A stretch of 62,929 bases of DNA, filler included, from Octopus bimaculoides (taxonomy: Eukaryota), in NCBI RefSeq assembly GCF_001194135.2. It is 8 parts of 8 records of this genome, joined end to end, with 100 filler letters (N's around TTAATTAATTAA, not from the genome) between each part and the next. Parts side by side here need not be neighbours in the genome. Positions count along the whole stretch, not along the records: positions 41,338 to 53,594 come from NC_068982.1; positions 53,695 to 62,929 come from NC_068985.1; 6 more parts are not named here. One strand, written 5' to 3'. The notes below the pieces were generated by a model. It saw nothing but the letters and a program-made list of their open reading frames with translations. It did no database searches and was not told the origin of the DNA. This document shows positions 51,291 through 62,929 of this stretch, piece by piece; within the stretch, counting starts at the first letter, position 1, and every line of letters begins with the position of its first letter. A program made the translations under genes and the position numbers.

Positions 51291-53693
51291 GTATATAATT
51301 TGTTTGAAAATTTAAAACCTAAAATTCAAAAATAATTGTAGCTGTACTTGGTACACATTTGCAACGTCCATCGAATCAATTACTTCTTCACGTAATATCT
51401 GTTATCGATGCAATACCCTCTTGAATGACGACTAACTGATGTCAGTACTTTCTATCTTCTACTAGACGTCTTATGAAACGAAAAGAGGTGACACACAATT
51501 AACAAAGTAACTCCAGCAATGCATCTGTTGCACCACTTGAAAACAGTAAATTAGATTGTGTCACTATGATAGCAGACATATTACTATGATGGGAAGTATT
51601 CGATGTAGGCTTAAATAGTCTCAAGTAGAAGCCATTAAAAAGTTTTCGTTTATAATTTTCTTCACTCTCCAAACATATAATGATGTGCAGCCTGTTCTAC
51701 ACCTCTGAATCTTTAAGTCATGTTAAAGTGTGTAATATAGACCTTTTATTAAATGCATCTAACTCTAACCAAATATTTTGTATTTCTTATCCAGGAATAA
51801 AGGAATATAATGAAGCTCTTTCCCATACAACGGTACTCGTATGAGGCTCCAAATGAAGTAAGATACACTAATTCGAAAATAATTCCCAACCGGCTACAAA
51901 TAAGATACGCTGCAGTACGTGCGTCAGGAATATACCATTTTCATTAACATTAATACGTCCTAATTTGCATGTTTTGTGTCTCTACCAGTAACATTAAATG
52001 TGAGTGGTTCTTTTTAATTGTTGTAGCACGGAATTCTCCAGCATGTTACATCTAACATAACTTATTGTTACGTACAAGAGCAGTGTACTGCAAAATCAAC
52101 ATTGTAATAATCTTAAAGCAATTTTTTTTCCGTGATGAAATGTCTGGCCTTGTAATAATCAATATATAATTGCAAAATGATTATGATGGGCAAAACGAGC
52201 TGAAAAAAGATATAAAATTGCATAATCTAACTGTTAAATGAAACATATTAAGGTAGTTAGTAAATGTGTACATTATCACATTTGTAATTGGCACAGCCGG
52301 TATGATAGAGATCCACGTCTTTAGAAAATTGACATAGACACGTTTAAGAAAGCAACAATAATAGGATCTATAAGTATTGTAGAGGATACTAACACAAGAT
52401 GTGTTAAACCACGATATGATTATCCATATACATAATTGTGAATAAAGGTTACACTGTAGGTTATTTCTTAAGCTATGAATAAGATGGTTATTAATGCTTG
52501 TAATGATTTGATATCCCATGTTACATATTTGCACGATATCCAACAAAACTATCCTACTCTCCATATATTAGATCGAACAGATACTAAGAAATTATAAAAC
52601 TGTACATTAGTCAGGTTAACGTATTTTAATGACATCCTCGTTTCGAATATGAAGATATGATACTCCATTTAGGATATACACAAAATAAATGATTGAAATA
52701 TTGTAATTTGAAACATGGTGTGTCATCCAGAACAAAGAGCGGTGAAGATGAATTATTATCTAATCAATGATGTAAGGAAAATACTGATAAGAAAACCACA
52801 AAATGCATTAATCATAGGAGAGAAGTTATCTTTCATCTATCTGTTTAAATGATTGTAATTTGATTCAGGATAGTAAAGGTTTCTCTCTTTTCTCATGGTA
52901 ATAATAATATTATGTTGGTGTATCCTATTACGCAAAATTAAATATTTAAGAAAGTTTTTCCAATTTTATTGGGAAACTCTAACGTAGATAACACAGCAAC
53001 ATTTTAAGCTCTTTAAAATTCATTAATTTGAACAGTGTCAATAAACCACGAGTGATAATATGAACTGTGCATCAAGAGGTCCATGGCAATGTGCTAAATA
53101 TCATTTCGTTCACATGACCTATGATGTAACGAGATCTGATTTCATATGTACTAAACCGAACAAGATATTTTTGATTAAACAATTTTTCTTATTAAATAAT
53201 ACTGCACTCTAATTTGGTAAATATACAATTCAGGCTTATTTGCTTTTATATGCCTGTATGGTTTTCTACTTCCATAATTGTTCGACAGGGTTCGATGTTA
53301 ACATTCGATTCTGGAGGTCCTAGCAATTGATATGGGAATTGGAGTCTAAATATTATCAATCTGAGCACTGTTGTGTGATATGTACACCACACATATTTTG
53401 CATTCTCAAACAATCCCCCTCTCTTTATAAATATATACAGAATCAGCTTTTGAAACACCCATCTATTCACTTTACCCGACATATTCATTTCTGAGCTCGA
53501 ATTTGCTGTCCATGTACCAAAACAAATTTATACCAATATTAGTTTATAAACTTATATTACAGCATATTCATATATATATATATATATATATATANNNNNN
53601 NNNNNNNNNNNNNNNNNNNNNNNNNNNNNNNNNNNNNNTTAATTAATTAANNNNNNNNNNNNNNNNNNNNNNNNNNNNNNNNNNNNNNNNNNN

Positions 53694-54046
53694 NGTTGAA
53701 TTTGAATGATTTGAATAAATGTTTTTGCTTTTGTAACTGATAGTGATAAATATGTAAAGGCAATTTACTTAATATTTATTTTTCACTGACATTATTACTG
53801 TTATTTCTTTATTTTCTGCAAAGTGCACAAAAAAGCTACACGTTTGCATTATGTTATATAAACAATAATAATAAAGGACGTTACTGTATATATGTTTACA
53901 AACCAAGGACGTTATATAGACCTCCTTGACTCAAGTTAGAGAAGGGGTGCATATTATACACAAGGTTTAGGTTTTTCCGAGGTACAGCCCCCTAAAAATC
54001 CCCTGCGTATTATACTCAAGGGTGGACTATACTCGAGGATTTACAG
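53694..54046 (+). mobile_element. pogo/Tigger-like element, right end
   Basis: Ends GGACTATACTCGAGGATTTACAG|TA, with the subterminal repeat TATTATACTCAAG; resembles pogo-family TIRs. The left end is lost in the gap. Confidence 0.55.
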
Positions 54047-54149
54047 TATATATATACAATAACCTTGCGATGCGAAATAAATCATGTATTATTAGAAACA
54101 AATCCAACAGTGTGATTAAAATCTAGTCCAAGAATAAAAAAATATACAC

Positions 54150-55150
54150 TATCCATATAGTATATTGCTAGCCGCCATTTTAAATTTAGTTGCGTGTCTG
54201 CAGGAATTCAAGAGTTCGCGTCTTTGATTCAAAGAGTTCTTGTCCTGGAATAAAATAAAATATTTTTCCAGCAGGCATTAGTTACATTTGATGGGTGTTT
54301 TATGCGCACCGTGCCTGGAAGGTGCAGCTATATCTAAAATACTCCATGTCACGTTGAAAGGTTGGGCCTCTTTTTCTTTTAATTCCCAGACATATTTTGC
54401 CAGGCTGGTCTTCGTCCTATTTTCGGATATCTGAAGGAATTTCTATGCGAATAAAATCGAGTTTTGAAAGAATTTTCAGAAGCTTTATATTTGTGTGAAG
54501 CTTCTATCTGTACCTTGGCTCTATACACAATTCCTTTTTCCAGACATTTTCCTTCCAATGGATAGGAGGTCCCATCTTTGCAATTGCAATTCTTAAGAAG
54601 AGAATTGGCACTATGATTATTTGCAATTATCCTACTGTTGAGTTGATTAATAAAAGAGGCGAAGTTTTTGCAGCAAGAATAACTGATCTTAAGCGTTCTT
54701 CTATTAAATATTCTATAAAACTTATGGTCAGGTTGAAAATGTCTAGAGACTAATTTTAAAAATTCCCTACCTGTTTGTTTTTACGGCCATATTGAAAGCT
54801 GGGTTAAACCACAAAACCTTCCTAGTCCTAGTTCTACGTGTAGTATTATTGCTAGCAGATCTGAAGAAATGTTTGATATGAGGCATGTTGGTTCTGGATT
54901 TTGATTGTTTAAGCAGCAGTAGCTGAAGAAGGAGACAGCGAGGAAGAAGAAGAAGAAAATTACAGGAGTGGTATGACAGTAGTAGGCAGTTGGAAGAGTC
55001 ATCTTAAATGGTCAAGTGACCTGTTGTGGTTATAGCAGTAGTGATTGGAATTGTTCTGAATAAATTCATGGGTTAGTGATGTTCTGAATATAACAATCAA
55101 AATCCACAACCCATCCCTCATATTAAATATTTCTTCAGATCTGCTACTAC
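54150..55150 (-). mobile_element. Penelope-like element 3' fragment with a near-complete GIY-YIG domain
   Basis: RTRKVLWFNPAFNMAVKTN..RHFQPDHKFYRIFNRRTLKISYSCCKN..CNCKDGTSYPLEGKCLEKGIVYRAKV..SENSFKTRFYSHRNSFR..TSLAKYVWELKE..TWSIL..LNQRRELLNSCRHATKF. Confidence 0.92.
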
Positions 55151-55409
55151 CTACCTACCTACTGAGCCTTCACAAAAGTAAAAGAGGGAGAAAAAAGGAA
55201 AATGTCCCACGTATTTGAAAAATATGGAAATATTTTAAAAAACATTTCATTTAATTTTTCCACAATTTAATTGTTTTACATGCTTTACTCTAAGTTGAAA
55301 AAGTCGCAAAGGCTGAAACCGGTACTAAAATGTTCTTCATGTTAAAATTATTTTAGCATTTTCTACCTTGTCTGATTTTCTTTATAACAGCTGCTGCAGT
55401 ACCTTCCTA

Positions 55410-56070
55410 GAAGTCCTCACATCTATAAGTCAGTTTATACAATCTCAGATCCAGAAGAGGTAGTAAATTATTCAACAGAATTTCTCAATTCATTGGATCC
55501 TTCAGGACTACCTCCCCTCAGATTGGAACTGAAAGCGAGAACTCCAGTAACATTACTGAGAAGTTTGAATCCACCAACACTCTGCAATGGGATACACCTG
55601 GTGGTAAAGAAGATGATGCCACATGTTATTGAGGCCACCATTCTTTCAGAATGTGGAAAAGGAGAGGATGTTTTCATACCCAGAACTCCTCTCATTCCAT
55701 TGGGAATAGAAATTCCCTTTTCATTCAGAAGAATGCAATTTCCTATTCGTATCAGCGCAATGTCTATCAACGAATCCCAGGGTCAAACACTGTCTGTGAT
55801 AGAACTTCACTTGGAAGAGTTATGCTTCTCACATGAGTGATTAAATGTTGGCTGCTCTAGAGTGGGAAGCAAAAAAAATTCTATTTGCATTTGTTCTACA
55901 AGGGAAAACAAAGAATATTGTTTAACAAGAGGTTTTGTAGGAATTACTACATCCTATGATGCGCTCCAGTATCCACTGATCTATGTGAATGGTGAAGATG
56001 GATACCATTTCGGCATAATATCAACAAACCTGAAGACTGTACCAACAAAGCAGTTTCCTACATGGACTTC
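55410..56070 (+). mobile_element. Helitron RepHel fragments (Pif1 helicase C-terminus followed by a pre-Rep segment)
   Basis: EFLNSLDPSGLPPLRLELK..LLRSLNPPTLCNG..QFPIRI-AMSINESQGQTL..CFSH..GCSRVG..GKTKNIV*QEVL* (stop 55938-55940), then SYDALQYPLIYVNGEDGYHF from 55952. Confidence 0.9.
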
Positions 56071-57179
56071 AATATCAAAGCATATTCCCCAATTACTTCC
56101 ACCGCCCACGTGGTAAGCCATTACGTCTTATTTTTTCAAGTAATCCATTACTACATATTCTCATGTGACTGCATAGGCTCACTTTATGTTTCTTATACTA
56201 TAGCCACACCAGCAATCCAATGTGAACCCTTCTGCAACATTTCAACAGTTCACTTCCCCATTGCCATCTCCCATTGCAGCCTCTTTCTGGAGTAATATAT
56301 CTCCATTATCCCTACATTCATTCGACAGTCAACCATACAATGGTTGTGTGAGACGTAGTGCTGACCACCACAAAGGAGAATATATCCACTGACAGCTTTT
56401 CAGTGCATTCAGAAATCACATACATTCCACCCCCAATTTTCCATGACAGGTTAGGGGCCTGGAATCCTTATGCATGTATNNNNNNNNNNNNNNNNNNNNN
56501 NNNNNNNNNNNNNNNNNNNNNNNNNNNNNNNNNNNNNNNNNNNNNNNNNNNNNNNNNNNNNNNNNNNNNNNNNNNNNNNNNNNNNNNNNNNNNNNNNNNN
56601 NNNNNNNNNNNNNNNNNNNNNNNNNNNNNNNNNNNNNNNNNNNNNNNNNNNNNNNNNNNNNNNNNNNNNNNNNNNNNNNNNNNNNNNNNNNNNNNNNNNN
56701 NNNNNNNNNNNNNNNNNNNNNNNNNNNNNNNNNNNNNNNNNNNNNNNNNNNNNNNNNNNNNNNNNNNNNNNNNNNNNNNNNNNNNNNNNNNNNNNNNNNN
56801 NNNNNNNNNNNNNNNNNNNNNNNNNNNNNNNNNNNNNNNNNNNNNNNNNNNNNNNNNNNNNNNNNNNNNNNNNNNNNNNNNNNNNNNNNNNNNNNNNNNN
56901 NNNNNNNNNNNNNNNNNNNNNNNNNNNNNNNNNNNNNNNNNNNNNNNNNNNNNNNNNNNNNNNNNNNNNNNNNNNNNNNNNNNNNNNNNNNNNNNNNNNN
57001 NNNNNNNNNNNNNNNNNNNNNNNNNNNNNNNNNNNNNNNNNNNNNNNNNNNNNNNNNNNNNNNNNNNNNNNNNNNNNNNNNNNNNNNNNNNNNNNNNNNN
57101 NNNNNNNNACATAAAAGTTCCTTTAATTCCTGCACATGTTTCAAAATAAATGAGAGCCTCTTCACAAAGAAGTAAGAGC

Positions 57180-57866
57180 TGCTGGGATTCCTCATATATT
57201 TCTCTTCAGGGAGTTCATAATAAAGCATATAATAGCAAGACAAAAACGAAATGATGAGGTAACTTACGAGCAAAGATGTTACATGGTCAGTGACCGTTAG
57301 AACGTTTGTTTACATAGAGATATAAAGGGATCAATGATATTATTCCATAGGCTTTAGGAATAAGAACGCTTGTTTACATAGAGATATAAAGTGAGGGGTT
57401 GTAAATGTGATGCTAAAGGTTAAACTCAGTGAGTTATTGAAATAGAGGGAGAAAGACAAATATGTTGTAGTACTGTTAAATTTGCAAGAGCGTGAGTTAA
57501 TTGCTGAGTTAAAAATGGAGGAATGGAGGGAACTAAGGGAGTACATCAAATAAGGGAAGCTAATAACATATTTATATGTAGTGAAGAAAGTGAATAAAAA
57601 TAAATGAAACATCGTAGCCTAGTGATATATTATATTATATTATATTATTGTACGGATATTAACGTTTGTTAACGGTAAAGCAGGGTACAGGATATTTATT
57701 TGAGAAGTAATAAAGATAATAACATACACGTTAACCAGAAGTATAGAAATACTTAGTTGAAGTCACCGGAGGTGCGAACAACAACCTGTGCGGCATTACT
57801 AAGAAGAAATGACTTAGCTAACTGTAGATGGGGAAAATAAAGCACTAGTAGTGAATGAGGCAGAAG

Positions 57867-57870
<4 letters not shown>
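57180..57870 (-). mobile_element. Probable Penelope 3' end/UTR remnant
   Basis: Minus-strand AKSFLLSN (cf. CxHxxKFLLSN) followed by a (TTATA)n tract and a purine-rich block, the same layout as 400-780; 28-bp direct repeat at ~57299 and ~57365. Confidence 0.4.
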
Positions 57871-57899
<29 letters not shown>

Positions 57900-58001
57900 A
57901 CATACACATACACACACATATTTATACACACATATATGCACACATATACAAACCTTCACATACACATATGCACACATACGCACACCTATACATACATTCC
58001 T

Positions 58002-58034
<33 letters not shown>

Positions 58035-58490
58035 NNNNNNNNNNNNNNNNNNNNNNNNNNNNNNNNNNNNNNNNNNNNNNNNNNNNNNNNNNNNNNNNNN
58101 NNNNNNNNNNNNNNNNNNNNNNNNNNNNNNNNNNNNNNNNNNNNNNNNNNNNNNNNNNNNNNNNNNNNNNNNNNNNNNNNNNNNNNNNNNNNNNNNNNNN
58201 NNNNNNNNNNNNNNNNNNNNNNNNNNNNNNNNNNNNNNNNNNNNNNNNNNNNNNNNNNNNNNNNNNNNNNNNNNNNNNNNNNNNNNNNNNNNNNNNNNNN
58301 NNNNNNNNNNNNNNNNNNNNNNNNNNNNNNNNNNNNNNNNNNNNNNNNNNNNNNNNNNNNNNNNNNNNNNNNNNNNNNNNNNNNNNNNNNNNNNNNNNNN
58401 NNNNNNNNNNNNNNNNNNNNNNNNNNNNNNNNNNNNNNNNNNNNNNNNNNNNNNNNNNNNNNNNNNNNNNNNNNNNNNNNNNNNNNNNNN

Positions 58491-58527
<37 letters not shown>

Positions 58528-58841
58528 GTATATATATATGTGTGAGTGTATACATATACAAACATATATATATATATATAGATATATACTGTAATCCCTC
58601 TCCATATCATGATTTACCTATCGCACACTGAGGACATCTCGGTTCACCTATAGGGCCCTCAGTACATTGCGGTTCACCTATCGCGCGCATAGTACATCAC
58701 AGATTTTTCTGGTTAATACATGTAAATTTATATCAGGTCTCCTCAGTATATCGTAGATTTCAGTGGCTGATAGGTATTTACATTTTTTTAGATTTTAATT
58801 ATTTCTCTGTGAAGTTTTGGATTACTGTATATATATATATA

Positions 58842-60395
58842 TCTATCTATATATATATAGCTGAGTTTGTGAGTGTGTGTGTATGTGTATCCAATTCATA
58901 CATTTACACAATTCCAAATTTCTTGAATGAAACAATCGGAATTAATATTCTAAATACCATAACCTAAGTAACTGCGTCATTTTTTCCGTCAAAATCAATC
59001 ACAGTTACCAATAAAATCCATTAAACTGCGCAAAATAACATTCCCCCCGTCTAATAAAACCTAAATTTCCTCTTCCTATGACCTTTACAAATCCTTTCAA
59101 CTCCTACTTTCTCTTATGAACGTTTATGAACGATAACTCCTACTTTCTCTTATGCATACAAAGTCATTGCTCTTAGTTACGCTATATGTAAACAAACAAG
59201 TTTTTCGAAGCGCTGAAATGTATGGTAGTACAAGTAGAAAGATAAATTTTATTCAACGCATAGATACTGAACAGTATACATATAAGGGATAAAATCCTTT
59301 TTTCTTTTTAAAAGCATCTATTACACTATTTTCCTTTTGTTTCTTGACTCCCGTAAGGCATCTCAGAACATTCACGCTTTAGTTTGACCGACAGGACAAC
59401 ACATTGCAAAATCACTGAACTTCATTACAAAATGCCTCGTGGAAGACTGGAATATTTTTATTTACTTTTTTTACCTCCCTAAACTTGAAGATTACCTTAT
59501 TTTCATCTTATCTACATGAATTTCTATGGCGGAATTNNNNNNNNNNNNNNNNNNNNNNNNNNNNNNNNNNNNNNNNNNNNNNNNNNNNNNNNNNNNNNNN
59601 NNNNNNNNNNNNNNNNNNNNNNNNNNNNNNNNNNNNNNNNNNNNNNNNNNNNNNNNNNNNNNNNNNNNNNNNNNNNNNNNNNNNNNNNNNNNNNNNNNNN
59701 NNNNNNNNNNNNNNNNNNNNNNNNNNNNNNNNNNNNNNNNNNNNNNNNNNNNNNNNNNNNNNNNNNNNNNNNNNNNNNNNNNNNNNNNNNNNNNNNNNNN
59801 NNNNNNNNNNNNNNNNNNNNNNNNNNNNNNNNNNNNNNNNNNNNNNNNNNNNNNNNNNNNNNNNNNNNNNNNNNNNNNNNNNNNNNNNNNNNNNNNNNNN
59901 NNNNNNNNNNNNNNNNNNNNNNNNNNNNNNNNNNNNNNNNNNNNNNNNNNNNNNNNNNNNNNNNNNNNNNNNNNNNNNNNNNNNNNNNNNNNNNNNNNNN
60001 NNNNNNNNNNNNNNNNNNNNNNNNNNNNNNNNNNNNNNNNNNNNNNNNNNNNNNNNNNNNNNNNNNNNNNNNNNNNNNNNNNNNNNNNNNNNNNNNNNNN
60101 NNNNNNNNNNNNNNNNNNNNNNNNNNNNNNNNNNNNNNNNNNNNNNNNNNNNNNNNNNNNNTATCATTTGTATAGCCAATTAGACGGATGAAATTTACGT
60201 ACGATTAATAATGTTACGCAAAACAGCCTTCAAACTTGCCCTTTTAATTTCATCGTCTTTTGAATTACGAACATATTTACATCATAAGTGTTTTTTCGTT
60301 GTAAGTCTTTCTTTTTTAGTTGATTTTCACTTAGCAAGACTTATCGTAGATGGCGTAATAAGTCACAGCCGGACAACGTCGGGTTATACTGCTAG
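58842..60395 (+). mobile_element. Non-autonomous Helitron (spans a gap)
   Basis: 5' A|TCTATCTATATATATATAGCTG..; 3' hairpin CCGGAC-aac-GTCGGG (60369-60383), then CTAG (60392-60395) followed by T. That the two ends belong to one element is inferred across the gap. Confidence 0.65.
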
Positions 60396-61299
60396 TATGT
60401 ATGTATATATATATATATATATATACATACATACATACATACATACATACATACATACATACATACATACATACATACATACATACATACATACGTATGT
60501 GTGTGTGTGTGTGTCCATGTATCTGTGCAGAGATCAAAAGCATAACTGAGCCTCAGTTTGTTTTATGAGGGTCTTTTTCATATTTACTTCAAAGTCCTTT
60601 ACAGTTTGATACTGTAGTTATATTTTTATTATTAAAGATGTTTGTTTAATCTACCTACATATTAGCTAAAGCCACAGCTTACATCTAGCTGCACAAGTAG
60701 TTCTCCAAATTTAGTTGCTGTTTTTGACCAAATACGTCACAATATTTTATAAATCCTAAACAATTGACATATTTATATCAAGTGTAGCACAAAAATAATA
60801 TTCTTAAGTACTTCCTCAATTAGTGAGACAAACTTTCTTTTTCCTTATACTCTTGTTTCACACAAAAAATACATACTTTAAAAAGTTTCAGTTGAACATT
60901 ATTCTTGCAATAAACTGTCTTATAATTATTGCTGATGAGAATAAAAATTAATTGTCAGAAATATTGATGTTTATTCCTTTCCATATTATTTCTCTTCTCA
61001 CACATTTTGTGCTGCTTTTCTTTTCATTGTTGTTCATTTCATCTTTTTTTTCACTTTTCTTTATCTTTCCATTTCTTTCATTTCCTTTTATTCTAGAATT
61101 TCTTTCCAATTTTATTTTTTATAATTAATACTGAAATCCTGTAAATGTGTTCTTAATGAGACATTTCAACATATGAAAATGTTTCACCATGTCTGAACTT
61201 GTTCAGCCTGTCTCTTAACAGCCTCTTCTCATCATCAGTTTCTGTTTGTGTGTATCCTGTTGAATGTAGTTTGATACTTTTAAACTTTTGTGGGTGGTA

Positions 61300-61760
61300 T
61301 TTTATTGAGGCCAAATGAACTTCTTTCACTCTTGTGGTTGGCTAAAAGTGAGGTATGATAGAATTTTAAGTTGTAACAAGTCTGATTAAATTCTTCAGAT
61401 TGAGTACAAACTGATTAGATACTAGAGGCAAGAGAGTGAGGGAGGTTTTGTAATTTGTACTATTTAGGTAATGAGGAGTCCTGACCACTGACAAAGTTCA
61501 ATTAACAAAAAAAGGTCCTAGCTAGCCAGTAGACACCTTAGTGATGTAATAGAAGAAAAGGTAGGGCAACAGAATAAGTAGTGAGTGTTGAAGGAGAAGA
61601 AGAAAGTTGGTAACAAGAAACTGGAAGCAGGATGTCAGATTTTTATCTGAGAGTAGGGGCAATTACTAATATTCTTTACTGTTCGGTTTGAGAGGCATTG
61701 TGTGGGGAAGAAGACTCAGGAACATACCTTCTGAGTGGGCACTAACTAACCAGACTAAAA
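61300..61760 (-). mobile_element. Possible Penelope RT-thumb remnant
   Basis: Weak: PHSLASSI*SVCTQSEEF (cf. PYSLAxRIxRICSxxExF) and CPYSQ. Confidence 0.3.
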
Positions 61761-61831
61761 CTATAGGTATCAATTTTTTAATATTAAATCAAATAATGTT
61801 AGATTTGTTGTAAAAATGTTTATTTAATATG

Positions 61832-61865
<34 letters not shown>

Positions 61866-61879
61866 TGTATGTATGTATG

Positions 61880-62115
61880 TATGAAGTCACTTGGAATGGT
61901 TCCAGAAGATATAGAAACCCTTGCTTCGGATCAAGTTGGATGGCGAACAAAGGTGTGGAGTAGGGTGAAAGCATTTGAAGAGGCCAAGATAATGCAAGTA
62001 AAACTCAAAAGAGATCTAAGGAAGAATGTAACGATCAAGAAGGTGAATGACAATGACTTTTTTTGCGTGTACAGTCTGTGACAGACCATACCTGTCTTTT
62101 CCATCTGTGAACACA
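61880..62115 (+). mobile_element. RTE-clade LINE C-terminal fragment
   Basis: KSLGMVPEDIETLASDQVGWRTKV..FEEAK..KRDLRK..F/CTVCDRP, matching WExLAxDRxxWR..FE..KR..RK..CxxCxR. Confidence 0.72.
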
Positions 62116-62119
62116 TGGA

Positions 62120-62390
62120 AAATGAACCTCCACCAATTATTCTGCCTATATGTCTGTGCATACCTTTGAATGCAGTGTATGCCAGAAGGCTTGCTAATCC
62201 AATGGAGGTCTCAAAAGACATTTTAAGATCCACAAAGAGCAGAACCTATCTGCAGCTCTTGGTGGTCCAAATCGGATGTGCAATCTATGTGGGTGTGTTT
62301 TCAAAACATTGGTTTAAAAAGCCACATCAGATGCCATGATGGTGCTAAGGTGTAGGCACAGGAGGTGGTCAAACTCTGCATAAGGAGTAG
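62120..62390 (-). mobile_element. Possible RTE RT motif A fragment, inverted relative to its neighbour
   Basis: FVDLKMSFET..GRII (cf. FVDLTKAFDT); decayed. Confidence 0.4.
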
Positions 62391-62404
62391 ACAACTACCA
62401 TGTA

Positions 62405-62640
62405 TGTATGTATCAATCAATCATCATCATCATTGTCATTTTAATGTCATCTTTCCTGTGCTTGAATGTATCAGATGGAATTTGATGAGGTAGACATCTC
62501 ACAACTGGATGCCTTTACTGTCACCTGTTTCCAAGTTAGGTAATATTTCTCCATGACCAGATTTGCTTTTACAGAAGACAGGCAATAAAGGATACCACTT
62601 GTACAATGGTGGTGCTCAGTTACAACTATCATCTAATGTC
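62405..62640 (-). mobile_element. Retroposon 3' fragment (family of 23955 and 29110)
   Basis: (cat)n..ttttaatgtcatctttcc..ctggatgcctttac. Confidence 0.5.
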
Positions 62641-62732
62641 AAAACAAGAAAACATCAAGAGACACTTACACCCCTAAACACCCACCCAACCAATATGCAT
62701 GCACACACATGCATGCACACACAGACAAAATC

Positions 62733-62774
<42 letters not shown>

Positions 62775-62929
62775 GTTGTTATTTTTCTTCTTTCTTCAAA
62801 TTTTCTCCCATTTCTCGCCGAGTGTTTTCCGTACACCTAGGGCAGAGAAACTCGTTGCATGCATTCCCAGTTTACACATGCAAATTCACAGGTAAAACAT
62901 GTATTTAAGAAAAAAAAAAAAAATTCAAA

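Noticed and set aside
52181-52564. 127-aa hydrophobic minus-strand ORF, and a TM-like + frame VYIITFVIGTAG
   Set aside because: No family motif holds up, the + frame stops within ~25 codons, and hydrophobic composition is expected from AT-rich DNA.
46990-54260. Strong AG acceptors at ~46990, ~51794 and ~54203 as exon 2 candidates
   Set aside because: Phase-1 continuation reaches a stop within about 4-17 codons, with no claudin-like residues and no good donor.

Overview
AT-rich animal genomic scaffold with many N-gaps and very dense microsatellites; the repeat families look like those of Octopus (inference from recognised SINE sequences, not a database match). No prokaryotic system, CRISPR array, rRNA or true tRNA gene is supported. 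The one host coding feature is a first coding exon (20959-21142, +) of a claudin/PMP22/EMP/MP20-superfamily protein (TM1 plus W...GMWRTC, GTAAGT donor); I could not locate its downstream exons. The rest is decayed transposon sequence: several Penelope-like elements (RT and GIY-YIG), two R4/Dong-type LINEs with restriction-like endonuclease, CR1 and RTE LINE pieces, tRNA-derived SINEs, Tc1/mariner, pogo, hAT and Helitron remnants. The most notable structures are: (i) two related fold-back MITEs with GG..CC ends and 8-bp TSDs, one splitting an R4/Dong ORF and the other carrying an outward-facing telomeric palindrome; (ii) a minimal type I hammerhead ribozyme motif in the sense strand just 3' of the claudin-like exon; (iii) repeated inversion junctions at truncated retroelement ends; (iv) a Helitron fragment with permuted domain order. 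Most ORFs in the supplied track are microsatellite or N-gap artefacts.
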